DNA of 64,000 nucleotides from Lama glama (taxonomy: Eukaryota), in NCBI GenBank assembly GCA_028534125.1, contig CM052818.1, positions 10,170,001 to 10,234,000 on the forward strand, in the 5' to 3' direction. Both the position numbers and the translations under genes were made by a program. Of the stretch, positions 37,673-49,948 are shown in pieces. The notes under the pieces are model-generated. The model had not been told where the DNA came from and did not search any database. It saw only the letters and a list, made by a program, of their open reading frames with translations. How positions within the stretch are numbered: the stretch's first letter is position 1; every line of letters begins with the position of its first letter.

Positions 37673-38944
37673 AGGGTGGCAACTAAAAGTAAGTACCCTG
37701 AGATCCCTCTGGCCCTGATCTGTCAGAGTCACCTAAATTGCATATATGGAGGTTTTAATTTGGGGCGGGGGAGGTGTTATTTCTTAACTGTGCAGATTTC
37801 CAGCTGTCCCCTCCTGTCATTGCTGGGTCCATGCAAGCTCTGAACTGTGCATTGGAAATACGACTGCTTTCCATAACAGTCATGTATTTACACGGGACAG
37901 AGCTGAGGCCATATAGTGCTGGCAGCTATTCAAAGCCTTCCTACCAGTAACCTCCCAGAGTCAAAGGCCAGTCACATGCCTGACCTGCTATTCTGACTTC
38001 TCTACAGCCAAATTCCAGCCTTGGTTGATTTTCTGTTCATTTGAAACAGATCTGTATGAGATGTAGGTGTATGTCCTGTAGGAGGTTGTGCGAGGAGAAT
38101 GAAGTGAGTCAAGGGAAAAGGGGAGATCTCTGCCTTGATTGTGCTGCAGCCTGCTTTCTTCTGATGAGTCTAAATGAGTTTACAGGGTTTGATGTGGCCA
38201 CGTGAAAACATGCCTCAGAAAGAGCAAAATGTCAGTGTTTTGAGCCCTTTCCGTTGGAGAGGGTGGGAAAGCAGTGGTCACTGCGTGTTCTCCTTAAACC
38301 AGGCAGGGGAAAGGGAAGTATGTGTGAGTCTCTGATAATCCTCTTCTCTTTCTTCCCCTTGCTTTTGTTTTTCAATAAATCACTCAGGACAATCTGCTTC
38401 TCTTTAGTGGTGTGTTTTCCTAGGGTTCAATCTTTGTTTGAAATTCTAGAACAACAGAGTTGCAGTAAATATGGTCAACCTACGTGTAATTATGTTGGTA
38501 TGTCAACTTTGCCCCTTGGAGTTGGGTCTGCTCTGGTTAACCAGAGGCCCCCCTGACTCAGAAACAGGACCTCCTGCAGGACCCTGTGGAGGGCCGACCC
38601 TGAGCCCTGCATCTGAAGGGGATAAGTGAGCCCATAATTACGCTCATTGTTTAGGTCGGAGCACAGGAGGGTTTACATTAAAGACCTCAGCTGGCACACG
38701 CAGCATGCCTATGGAAAAAATGAGCCATCTCCTCCGCCTGCTACTCGGTCCCCATGTTGCCTGTCCAAGGGCTTGGGTTTCACAGACGCCTTCTGTGACT
38801 CTGCTTCTGACCACTCCTGATTAGAAGCTTGAATTCCCTGAGTTCCAAGAGGCATCTCAACCCTGAGATCTGGAAATTGATCCATGAGCTGCCTTTTGAG
38901 AGTCTCAGAATTTAGGTCTTGGGAAGGACCTGAAGAGTGTTTCA

Positions 38945-39108
38945 GCTGGTGTATCTCAAACCTTAATGTTCAGGTGAGTCACCTGAGATCTTGTTAAATG
39001 TGCAGAATCCAAATGCAGCAGTCTTGGGGTAGGGTTGGAAAATCTGCATTTCTAAAAGCTCCCTGGTAATGCCCTGGGGCTGGTTGCTGGATGGTACTCA
39101 GAGCAGCC
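38945..39108. mobile_element. MER5A-like hAT element
   Basis: TCTCAAACCTTAATGTT...GAGTCACCTGAGATCTTGTTAAAT...AATCTGCATTTCTAAAAGCTCCCTGGTAATG. Confidence 0.75.
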
Positions 39109-39749
39109 TTCTAAGCCTTAAGAGGGATAAAAGAGAGGCCCAGAGATCTAAAGGTGCTTGTTAGGGCAGAGTAGAAACTTAATTCTTCTTCTTGTCCTTA
39201 GTGTGGTCATGGCCCCACATGGGTGCTGCTGGCATGGCTGGGCTGGGTCTTAGCAGAAAATATCCTACTGTGACCACACCTGGAATCCTGGAGCAGGGGC
39301 TCTTTTCCAGATGCTCTGGCTGGATGTGGATCCCCAGAGCTCTTGACATGAGCCCGCAGGCCTCAGCAGCTGTGAATCTGGATGGGAGTGGATCACTGTG
39401 TGTTCCTTCCAGGTCTTCAGAGGGGCATGGGAAGGTGGGCACTTTGAGCATGTTGTCTATTGAGAGACATGTGGACTCCCTAACCCTAGGTGAGAAATGT
39501 CAGGTAAGGCCAGTGGGAAGGGAGGGGAGAATATGGCATCATGGTGGAGGGGAATGATGATTTTAATAGAAATCAGAGGATGTGAGACATTGTTTCTGTC
39601 CACACCACCAGGAGACCTTGGGCAAGGGAGTGAACATCTCTAGACACCATGAATAAAATAGGAGCAGAGTGTTACCTACCTGAACCCTGGGACTAGGTCA
39701 TGTGCTCTTTTAAAGTTTATTTTGAGACTCCACAATTGAAATTATAGAT

Positions 39750-39768
39750 TTTATCTATTTCTCTATCC

Positions 39769-39809
<41 letters not shown>

Positions 39810-39812
39810 ATC
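39750..39812. repeat. (TCTA)n tetranucleotide microsatellite
   Basis: Seen directly. Confidence 0.95.
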
Positions 39813-39850
39813 CTTTTCTACCTTCGTCTTTGTCAGGGTACTTTGGTATG

Positions 39851-40560
39851 ATATGTGCAGCTGAGTACTGAAGAATTAACCTTACCTAAAGAGAAGCCTA
39901 GCCTTTGCCCTCAGCTGCTGGGAGGTGATCTCTAGGCCCCTGGAATGTCCTGTCTGATAGGAATGTCTTTGTCTGGGGGCTTTTGCCACTGGATGGCCTA
40001 ACAGTGTGATTTACAGTGGGGCTTTGGGACATGCCATATCCGATCTAACCTTGAGAGGAAGTAGAGACTAAAGGTATTGGCCTGAAGCTCCAGGGAGGGT
40101 TGGAGACTAAAGGTCAACCATGTGGGCATTAGGTGATTGGACCCCAATAAAAACTGTGGACACTAAAGGCTTGAGTGAGACTCCTTAGATGACAGTACTG
40201 TCACACACTGAGGCTGGGAAGAAGTCACACTGTCCATGACTCCGTGGGGAGAGGTAAACTGCAAGCTTTGAAACTTCTCCTGGACTCTGCCCTATTCATC
40301 TCTTCCTGTGACTGATTTAAATTTGTATCCTTTCACTATAACAAAACTGTCATTGCAAGTGTAGCGTTTTCCTGAGCTCTGTGAGTCACTCTACTAAATT
40401 ATTGAATCTGAGGGTGTTTGTAGGGACCCCTAAATTTGTAGCCAGCCTGTCTGAAGCAAGGCTGATCTTGGACACACTTGAACTTGCAGCTAGTATCCAA
40501 AATAAGTGCAGTCTTATGGAGACTCTTCTCTCAAACTTTGTAGTTGGTTGAACTTTTAAC
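39851..40560 (+). mobile_element. ERVL-class solo LTR, MER77/MER21-like
   Basis: AATTAACCTTACCTAAAGAGAAG..GCCTTTGCCC..CTGGGAGGTGATCTCTAGGCCCCTGGAATGTCCTG; CCCCAATAAAAACT; CTGAGCTCTGTGAGTC...TTATTGAATCTGAGGGTG. Confidence 0.7.
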
Positions 40561-40639
40561 AATAGCAATATGTCAATTTAGCAAAAATTCTGGGAAAAAC
40601 AAAGAATAAATCAATTCCTTTAAGCAAAGCCTGCCTGGT

Positions 40640-40890
40640 TGTAGAGTGGAGTCTAGGATACTAGTAAAGAGCCTGGGCTTTGAAGAAAAACAGACCTGCA
40701 GGTGGAGCTGGGCATGGCTACTTTTTGATTAATGTGGGCATGTTAATTAATGCATTTGAGCCTCAGTTTTCCCATCTGTAAAATACACTTTCCTTAAAGG
40801 CATGTTGAGAAGATGAAATGCAATAGGTATGTAAAGTGCAGGGCATGCAGGGAGCACTTCATACATGGTTGTTGTTGTGATTATTGCTGT
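40640..40890 (+). mobile_element. MIR
   Basis: GAGCCTCAGTTTTCCCATCTGTAAAAT...GAAATGCAATAGGTATGTAAAGTGC. Confidence 0.8.
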
Positions 40891-40937
40891 TATTACTTCT
40901 GCCTTTATTAGGGGTGGTGTGACTTACTTATTTACTT

Positions 40938-41412
40938 AACTTTTTTTTTTTTTTTAAAGAGAAGTCTGGCTTTGTTGGCCCAGCAGGCTACTTGAGGTTT
41001 GAAGCAGGAGGCATGAGTGCCCACTTCCCCACCCACTGCCCCTGGATCGCTGCTGGTGTTTCACAGGCTTGTAGGTGATTGAGAGCTCGCCCAGGTAGTG
41101 GCCCACCGTCTCAGGCTTGATGTTGACCTGGTTGAAAGTCTTGCAGTTGTAGACGCCTACCACGCTGCCCACCCTCTCGGGCAGGATGATATGACCCACA
41201 GGTATGCGTTCACCACTGCTGTGTCTCTGTGGGCTGTGCCTCCTTTTCGGCTTTTGCAGGCGTTTCCACAGCCATGCTGCTTTCTCCGCAGGTCTCATTT
41301 CCACCTCGAATGCTGTCGTGTGCTGTGCAGCTGCATCAGCTGCTGATAAGGCATGTCCAGTAATTGGCGCAGGTCTTCTCCACTTCCGCCATCTTATCGG
41401 CTGTTCAGGAGC
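40938..41412 (-). pseudogene. RPS15: Processed pseudogene of 40S ribosomal protein S15 (uS19)
   Basis: Intronless. ATG GCG GAA GTG GAG (MAEVE) at 41392; peptide [45 protein letters not shown]; terminal CTC AAG TAG (40988-40996); poly(A) of 15 nt at 40941-40955; TSD CTTATTTACTT (40927-40937 and 41413-41423); frameshifts and deletions. Confidence 0.97.
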
Positions 41413-42249
41413 CTTATTTACTTTTATACTTACTAACATTTTGCCTTGTTCAAAAAAGTATTCGAGTGGCTCACATACAAGGAAGTAAGACAGCCGAATA
41501 AAATAAACTACCAAGACGTAGAAAAAGAAGTAATTGGTAATTGGCAGCAGCAGCAGCATCTGAAAATGGGATGTCCTCTTTGTGAGGTCTCCAGGAGGAC
41601 CAGGTCTGGTTGAAGGATGGGCTGCAAAATTGGGCCTGGCCATCTAAGATCACGAGAGTTGCCACTGGAGCCATGGTAACACATCCTTACATCAGAGGTA
41701 GGGGACAATCTTGTTGAGGCCAGGAGTAGAGAAGAACAGCAACTTGCCTGGCTTGGAGGGGAAGAGTCAGGTCCTGGGTCTTTAGACTCAGTCATCCTTA
41801 CAGCTTCTATGTTTTCCTATTTGGTAAGTAGAATGTTCATTCATAGAGGTATGTGCAATGTGGTAAAGAGCTGTGGGAGAGAATAGAGGTGATGTCTGTT
41901 TTTGGAAAACTTCCAACTCTCCTACCCAGTCTTTCTCTTCCTTTTGTCATGCCAAATCTCTCCAGAGGCTATATCTTTTCTTATTTCTCCTATTTTCTAC
42001 TACTTGACAACTCATAAGGGTTTTAGACATTGCCCCTTCCAAGATTTCTATTTTAATTGGGATAAGGAGAGGTCTCCTTATGAGCCAAAAGAGTGAAACT
42101 ATAGTGATAAGATATGTTGATAAACTCTCGATAAACAGTGAAACTTAAAAAGCAAAACAAAACACTTCTGTCCCCGAATCCTCGAATCAAATCCTAGAAG
42201 AGAATTGCTACTGAAGAAATTCTATCTAATTGAGCATTCCAGAGTCCAC

Positions 42250-42440
42250 CAGACCAGAGTCCTGAATTACAGCTCTAACACTGACTAGCTGGTTACTCAG
42301 TCTCTCTGTGCCTCAGTTTTCTTGTTTGTAAGATGGGGATAACAATTGTATGTGCCTTACAGGGTTTCTGGGAGGAATAAATGACCTGATAATATAAAGA
42401 ACCATTAGGTTTTGGCAGCCAGTTGTGTTTTAATAAAAAA
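42250..42440 (+). mobile_element. MIR
   Basis: CTCTCTGTGCCTCAGTTTTCTTGTTTGTAAGATGGGGATAACAA. Confidence 0.8.
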
Positions 42441-42884
42441 AAAAACAGACAACGACATTATTAGAGTAGTTCAGTTTTTTATCACAAAAAATTTGAATTG
42501 CACAAGTTGACTACTGGCATCTTGGGGTCCCTCAAAGTTCTCACCAGTAGGCTGGAAGTCCAGCAGAACAGATTAAAAATGTGGACAATGTCCTTTTGTG
42601 ATTCACTAACTGTGATTAACAGTTGAAATGTTCATGGCATGGATCTTATTTGGTTAAATAATGGAAAGCAACATTCTTTTTTATTTGGCAATGATACATT
42701 GAGGTGTTGGGGATGAACGATCCCTGGTTTGATGGCAGGTCCAGATTTCCCCAGCCATCTCTTTGACTTTGGCCTTCAACTGCTGGACCTTGAAGCAGAA
42801 CACAACTGATGGAGCATAGCAGAGAAAGCTCAGGATGAGACATCAAGACTGAGCTATGTATGTATGGGACTGGATAGATCACAA

Positions 42885-43025
42885 ACTTTGTGGTCTTCAG
42901 TTTCTCCATCTCTAAAATGAATACTATAAAACTTCCTTCCTTCGTAGTGTTGTTAGGAAGACTAAAGGAGATGATGCATTTGAAATGTTTTGGAAATGAT
43001 TAAGGATAGTGAAAATGTTTATTAT
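42885..43025 (+). mobile_element. MIR fragment
   Basis: CTTCAGTTTCTCCATCTCTAAAATG...GAGATGATGCATTTGAAA. Confidence 0.65.
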
Positions 43026-43479
43026 TGTTTTGTCCTTGAAATATATTGACTCATGTCATTGCTCCTAGAAGGGAGCAATGCTCAGATGGGTTCAAAGCTT
43101 TGCCTAAGATGAATTAGACAGAGGAGACAATGTGCTTTGGAGCTCTGATGGGGCTGAGCTTAGCAATCACCTCTCACACTTGTCCAGCATGTGGGTCCAA
43201 GTGTCTACTGACCAGGAACAGACTTGACCCTGTGGGTTTTTTTGTCTTCTTGGTTAATTGTAAAGATCTGTGCTATGTGTTGGATTAAGTTTCAGTCTGT
43301 GTCCAGTCACTGATTAATTTTGTGATTCAATTAAGTCATGTAGGTCTGGTGTCTCCATGAAATAGGTGGTCTTGATTCCACCTGTCTCAAAGGGAATTTG
43401 GAAAGTAAAGACAACCAAAGGGTTGAAAGGTAAAAGCACTTCTTGGAAGATGCTTCCATTCTGGAGGCAAGCTAGCATT

Positions 43480-43672
43480 GAATTTAGGGGCACAGACATC
43501 TGAATCATTGCTCTGGCACTGACTACCAGGTCACTTAACTTCTCTGTGCTTCAGTTTTTTCATCTGAAAATTGGGGATAACAGTAGTAAGTTGGGATTGT
43601 TGTGAGGATTTAATGCCAGATGGCTTCCGACAGTGTCTAGCCCAAGTGGGTGCCTAGCACGTGTTAGCTACT
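43480..43672 (+). mobile_element. MIR
   Basis: GTCACTTAACTTCTCTGTGCTTCAGTTTTTTCATCTGAAAATTGGGGATAAC. Confidence 0.8.
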
Positions 43673-46600
43673 ATAGAATAGAGCCTGCTCTTGTCCCCTT
43701 TGAAGGTAAGATTCCTGCAGGAGAAATCAGTCAGGGGTGTCTGGGACACCCTATTTTTTTTTTTTTTTTTAGTATTGTCCTGTAAATCACGGTTAAGGGG
43801 AGAGTTGGTCAGGTGCTCTGCCAATCTTTGTAAAAAAGTGGGTAAAAAATGTTTAAAGATAAATCCCTAAATATTAAACCTTCCTTGACTATCTCTTCCT
43901 AAAGGCTGAAAAGCAGTTTTGTATTGATATGAACTCATGGGGAAAGAAGCCTTTATAGCTGAATTAATGCATGTGATGATTTGTTCAGTGGTGGTTGTAT
44001 CATCACAATTGAAATCTCTCAAGTTCTAGAACTGATGGACAAGGTCATGCTACAAAGTCAATCAGTTAGTTCTACCTTTTATTTGTAGAGTCTGTCTTCC
44101 CAAGAGCCAAATGGGATGCTGTCTATTCCCTGATCTGTTCTTCTAAGTTCAGCACAGGCAAGCAGCTTACCTACTTTATAGACCATGAGCCTGAGACCCA
44201 GGGGTACATTTACTCGCTATTTTTACCTTGAATACTGATAATAGTTGTGTTATTTTGACACTAGTTGTGACAGTTTTGAACACTTCTTACTGGGTAGAAA
44301 TCCCACCTGAATGAACTTCGGAGGGTTTCATAGGGAAGCATGCTACCTAGACCTGGTTTAGGAAGGGCTATTTGTTATTCATTATGAGTGTTTGCAGGAA
44401 AATGTAATCAAGATGACACTTCTGACACAGTATCACCGAAAGAATACCAAGGCTGATGTAGTTGGACTCAAAACACTGTTCAGATGCCTGGGGTCCCAGC
44501 TTTGTGCTGGAGCTGGTCCTGCCCTCAGGGGGCTTGGGTGTCCTTGCTGAGCCTAGAAGGAATGAAAACAGACCAGATGAGCAGGATCACCAGAAGTTCT
44601 GGGCTTATGTGTGCCGAAGGGCTACTGGGGGTGGGACATGACTATGAATTTGTGTCCCAGGGTGTTTGCTTCTGGTGCAGCAATGAGGTTTCCAAGAAAG
44701 CCTTGCATTGCCCTATCTCCTCTTTTAGAGTTTCTTTTTTTAAATTATTGTTCATAAAGAAAAGAGGTGTGGTTTTTTGGCTTTTTTTTTTTTCCATTTC
44801 CAAACACATAGGTGAAATTTGTCCAGTGGAATTCAGTGCTCTGGGCCAAAAGGGAGGGAAATGTCATCCTAGCCATTTCTTATTGGCAACTGTAGTTGAG
44901 GTCCAGTGTGTGTTGTTGCCCAGCATATGGCATAGTGCAGTATTCTTGGAAATTGTGGAAACATTAGGCATGAGACTTGGCATTTTAAATCCAGGAGCTG
45001 TGTCAAAATTTGGGCTGTGGCATTCTCTTACCTATTCACTCAACAGGTTTTTTTTCCTTCCTACTTACTCTCCATCCTTTCTAGAGGAGAATGTTTTAGA
45101 ACATCTGAGGGTCTCGTAGAACATATGCTGTGGTGGACTCCCCAGTCCCCTGCCACCTTCAAGACCAAGAGGCTGTTGGCTACTGCTTATTCATAGCTGT
45201 ACTCTCTCTGGCACCAGCCCTTGGTTGGAAGGAAGCTGCCTTGCCCAATCTTACTCCCTCTCGCAGGGGCTCCCTGCATCCAGTTATTAGTTACTTGAGA
45301 GCAGGAAAGCCTGGCTCCCTTGCTTTCACTTGGGGCAAATCAGAAGGGCATCTCAATTCCCGAGCTCCCCATGGGATTGGCTGAAGCCTTTGTGACAGCA
45401 GCATCACACCGTTCAGCCCTTCAGCTCTCCCACCTGTCCATTTCTGTTCCCTCCCTTTCTTTTCGAGGTGTTCCCAAGCGTGTGCCCCAGTTTGCTCTGC
45501 ACCCAGATCTCTGGTAGAGTCTGTTTCCAGGAAATCTGATCAGAGGTAGATCCCTTGGAGCCATGATTAGGGATGAAGTGGTGACACTGATTTCTGACCC
45601 TTTTTATCTTTTCTGGAAATGTTCCCTAGTCATTCTTTTCTACCACGATCTTGAAGGCAGGACTTCTGAGCCTGTCTAGGCCAATATTGTTTACATGCAT
45701 ATATATGGAAAATCCAGAAGGGCACCCACTGAGCTGCTAACAGTAGCAGGAGAGGAAGTGAGGAGTAAATTTCTATTTTAACTGTGTAAACTTCAATACT
45801 GTCTAAATACTAATATGAAAATGCATAATGTATCATCTGTATAATTATCTTATTTCTTATTAGTCAACTTTCATATCTGAGCATGACCATTGCACAACGC
45901 ACATGTTCACCATCCCAGCCCCAGCCCTGCTCCTCCTTCTTCCCTCCCACCTTCCTCTTGTTCTGTTGAGGCTTCATGTTGCTGGTCTTCGAGTGTTTAG
46001 TGCAGGGACCGTGGTGGGGTGAAGGGTGGGGCAGGGGGAATGACTCCCAGCTGTAGGGATCCACTTCCTCTACCTACTTATTGACATGAGTCAGAGCAGA
46101 GTGATGCTCTGCATTCTTTACCACAATGAATTGATGGAACCCTCCTACCTGTGTTTGAGGAAATGTTTGCTAGTTTGCTATAAGGAGTGAGATAACTCAT
46201 GGAAAGTGTCTAATGTGGCTGGGAAAATGCTTAATAAGTGGTGACTGTTTTACCATTTGATGAGGATGGTGATGTCATTGTTGCTGTTACTGGGTTTTGG
46301 ATCAGAGCATCACCTCTGGAGCTCTTACCAGAGGGGCTCCCCTTCCTGTCCCTGGAGTTCCATGTCAGAGCAGGAGAAGTTAGTGCAGGGTGAACACTGA
46401 GATGGGGCTCTGTCCCTTAAATTCCTTCATGGGTCAGAAAGCTGTGTCTGGTCTGTGGTCTGCTGAGGCAAGATGGTTAGAAGGAGGGGCCCACTGCAAG
46501 CTGCCCTTCTTCCTGAAAGTTTCTTCTAGCATTTAGGGCTACTTCTTTGGTCTTATCTATAATGTGAGGTGTCAAAGGGTGACCCTTTTCCACGGGGGCG

Positions 46601-47172
46601 AGGATGAATTGTTTCCACTTTGGGAGGGGGAAGAAGGGTGAACCCTCGTGCTCCTTCCCCTCTCTCCCCTACATGAGCCCTTGTCTTCTGTGTCTCTCCC
46701 CTGGGTTGCACTGGACACAGAAAGTAAAAGAACAAGCAGGCTGCAGAAATTGAGCCTGCTAACATAATTTACCAATTCAACAGTAAACCACAAAGTGGAA
46801 GCCCAGATCCTATGCCTTGTTGTTCTAAGAAAAGTTACCCTCAGCGCCCCCTTGCCTCAGTTTGCTAATGTGGACATTGAAGTAGCCAGACAGAGGCTGG
46901 AATGATGGGGGTGGATGTTTGTAGAGTGGGACCTGGGGAAAATCCTTCTTTATTACTTGTCTTTCTTCCCTCACAGTGCTGTTTGGGCCTTAATGGGCTG
47001 GGTTAATGAATGTGGCTGTATAAAGCAGATTGTATGTAAATATTAGATCAATGAAAAATATGGTTTATTTGCTTTAAATAAGCTTTTCAAATAAATGTCT
47101 TCCTGGAAATCAAATGCTACAGTGTAGCTACCATAATAGATGTGAATAGAAAGGGGGAACTTTGCTCTGAGG

Positions 47173-47311
47173 CAGTGTTTTCCAAATATGTCCTGAGGAA
47201 CCCTAAACCCAAAAGATGTCACTTTGAAAAAAAGTCTGCGTATATTTGTCTGTATGTTCATGTATGTGCGTATGTATGTATTTGTGTGATCAACATGTTT
47301 GGGAAACAATG
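47173..47311. mobile_element. Short hAT-Charlie-type MITE
   Basis: TIRs CAGTGTTTTCCAAA / TTTGGGAAACAATG. Confidence 0.55.
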
Positions 47312-48226
47312 CATACAGTTTGGAAGGAGGGAGATTCTAAAAACAAATTCATATATAGAAGGAAAAAATCACGTTGTACTTTTTGGCCTCAGACCTAGAA
47401 TCAGTCATCCCCCAACCCCCAGAATCCTGGTTCAAGGATCTCTTACAAAAAGAAAACACCTATTAACACCTGCTGGGTATTAAGACATCACACTCTGTAA
47501 GGTGAACATTATCCTGTTGAATCTGGATCACCATGCCCTCCTTTGTGAGTCAGGTCCTTGGGTTTGGTACTTGAGTACCAGGGAAGCCACTGATGCCAAC
47601 ACCCGGGAATGTTTTTCATCAGGTATTAGATGCAGTTTGCTCCATGGAATAAAGCTTGGCCTGCACACCTCTTAACCTTCTCTTGGCTATTCATTCTGTA
47701 ACTGGCGGAGTGAGGTGAGGGTAGAGTAGACCAGAGAGCTGGCCGGGAGTAAATAAGGAAGGAGTTTTTGAAAGTTTCCTGTATCTAAACACCCCAGCAC
47801 CATGCACAATGGCCAAGCTATTGTTTAAGGTCCTAACCAGTGTCACCTCTTACAGCTTCAGTACCATGTGTTTAGATAACTAGGGAGTCAGTCTTCATCT
47901 GTGTCTCTGGGCATTATGGTGGGAGCTCGTGAAGAACAACTTGAAGCTTTGCCAAGGCCCTCAGCTATGAGTTTGGCTATTTTCCAGAAAGAGCAGAAAG
48001 TTTTCCTCTACAACCCTTGGGAGGACAGCTTTGGAGACCTGAGAACATATCCTGAGCTAAGGAGAGCCAGCAGGCCTGGGCCCTGAGAGGGCAACTAAAT
48101 GTAACACCAGGGTTCTGTATGTGGACTTGCTTCCCTGGAGTCACTTCACAGAGTCGTTAATAAGTTTTTTTGTTTTTGTTTTTTGAGAACTGTCCTTTGA
48201 CAGAGGTCTTAGAGAAGAGCTGATTC

Positions 48227-48510
48227 TGTAAAGGTGGTGCTACCCAGAAACCAGAGGGCCAGACAAGCAGGTGGAAAAGACAATGAACTCTGGGGATGTC
48301 ATCATGGGTATTAACTGGAGTGCCCCAGGAGAGGCCCTAGGGAGGCACTGATGAGATGGAACTGGAGGTGGCTGCTGCTGGAAGCTGCCAGATGTGGGGA
48401 CAGACAGGAGAAGCCACTCCCAGCTGCTGCCACAGGTAGGAGCCTGCACAGATCTCGAAGACCCTGGCAAGATACCCTTCCACTGGAATCAGAATTTCCC
48501 ATCGTTCTCC
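48227..48510 (-). mobile_element. Probable ancient LTR fragment, family not identified
   Basis: Reverse complement ends like an LTR U5 (...GAGTTCATTGTCTTTTCCACCTGC...CACCTTTACA). Confidence 0.35.
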
Positions 48511-49917
48511 AGCCTGGGCAAGTGGCAAAGGGAGGAAGTTGGCAAATCAGTTAACCTTTCACCAATGTGATTTCCTCACCTGTAAACCAGGGGACTGGAT
48601 TAAATGACTAGTTTTCATGACTTTTTAAAAAAATGAACAAAAGGAAGCCTTCTGTGGAAGCCCAATTAGGTAGAAGAGCAGCTGCTCTACTTGAAGAGGA
48701 AGTTGGGGCCCCAAAGACTTCACAGAAGCCCCACCCCTCACCTTCCTCCACCTCTCAATGGCCCCTGAAGGGACTTGTGGGTTTTTACAAACAGAATCCA
48801 TCTGGAATTAAAAAACCAGAGGTCTAAAATATTTTCCTCATTTTAAACATGCAAATGTAGGCAGAAAATTGATTAGTTGGAATCCAACATGGAATGCGTT
48901 TGTGAGTGCTGATGTAGTAGGCACAGGAAGTGCCTTCAGGACCATGTGTTTAGATAACTGGGGAGGAGAGCCATGAAGGGACCCCAGAATCATTAGGACT
49001 GTTGGCTCTGACTGAGGCTAAGTGGACCAGGTAAATGCTAGTTCTGTGGCTGTGGGTCTTGGCTGTAGGACATCAACAAAGCCATGGGGTCCAAGTCTGA
49101 ATGCATCCCAAGTAACTTCTAAAGGCTTCATCGTTTCTATCTGTGTTGACATTGTGTAGAATGGCTATAGCCCACAGGCTTTCTAGAAAATATGAGCAAT
49201 TCTGGTGGTTTTGGGGAAGCTCTGTCCTATCCCATTCTTGTAGAAGAGAGTCTGTTTCTTCTATTTTTGCACAAGATCCATAAGGAGTATGAGAATACTA
49301 GATAGGACCTTATGCTTCCAGAAAATTTTAATTTTCAGAGGACACCTCATGATCTCATTTGATTCTCACAACAAATCAAAAAATAGGCAGGGTAGTCATT
49401 AGGCTTGATTTTTAGGTAGGCAAACGGAACCCTGCGAGAGAGCAGTGACTTGCTCGTGGATACATGGCTGGCACTTGGTGAAGCCCACTAGATTTTCTGA
49501 TTCTGCTAAACCAGCCCCAGATGACCAGTTCTGTCTAGATAGTAGTTCAGATGCAGGTTCCTGGAAAAAAGTTTTGTTGCTGTAGCTTCTGTGGGGAAGG
49601 TTAGCCACAGACATCATTAAAGGTGACATTAAGACCCCTTAGCACAAAAAGCCTGCTCCAGGTTCCAAACTCCACTGCACATGTTGGTATCCACTGGGGA
49701 GAGTAGTGCTTCCCTATCCTGCCTGGCCTTCAGTTGCAATTGCTTTTCCTTTAGCTCCTTGGGGCAGTAAGATGTGGCAAAGTCTACAGACCTGAATACT
49801 GCTCCCAACTTGGCTGCCAATGGGTTATGTGTCTTGGAAAACTCCTCTGAGCCTCAGAGGATATTGGACTACATCCTTGTTTCTTAAAGTGCCATACTTG
49901 GGCCACTTGTGACAGAG

Positions 49918-49948
49918 TCGTGTGTGTGTGTGTGTGTGTGTTTGTGTC
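49918..49948. repeat. (TG)n microsatellite
   Basis: Seen directly. Confidence 0.9.

Noticed and set aside
44484..45119. 211-aa ORF
   Set aside because: It runs through T-tracts, is rich in F/L/S/C, shows no recognisable domain and has no exon context. Chance ORF.
46842..46860. CTCF-like motif (reverse complement AGGCAAGGGGGCGCTG)
   Set aside because: It lacks the conserved 5' CC of the core, so the match is weak.
47793..47813. RE1/REST-like site CCCAGCACCATGCACAATGGC
   Set aside because: The left half matches, but the essential GGACAG core has two mismatches.
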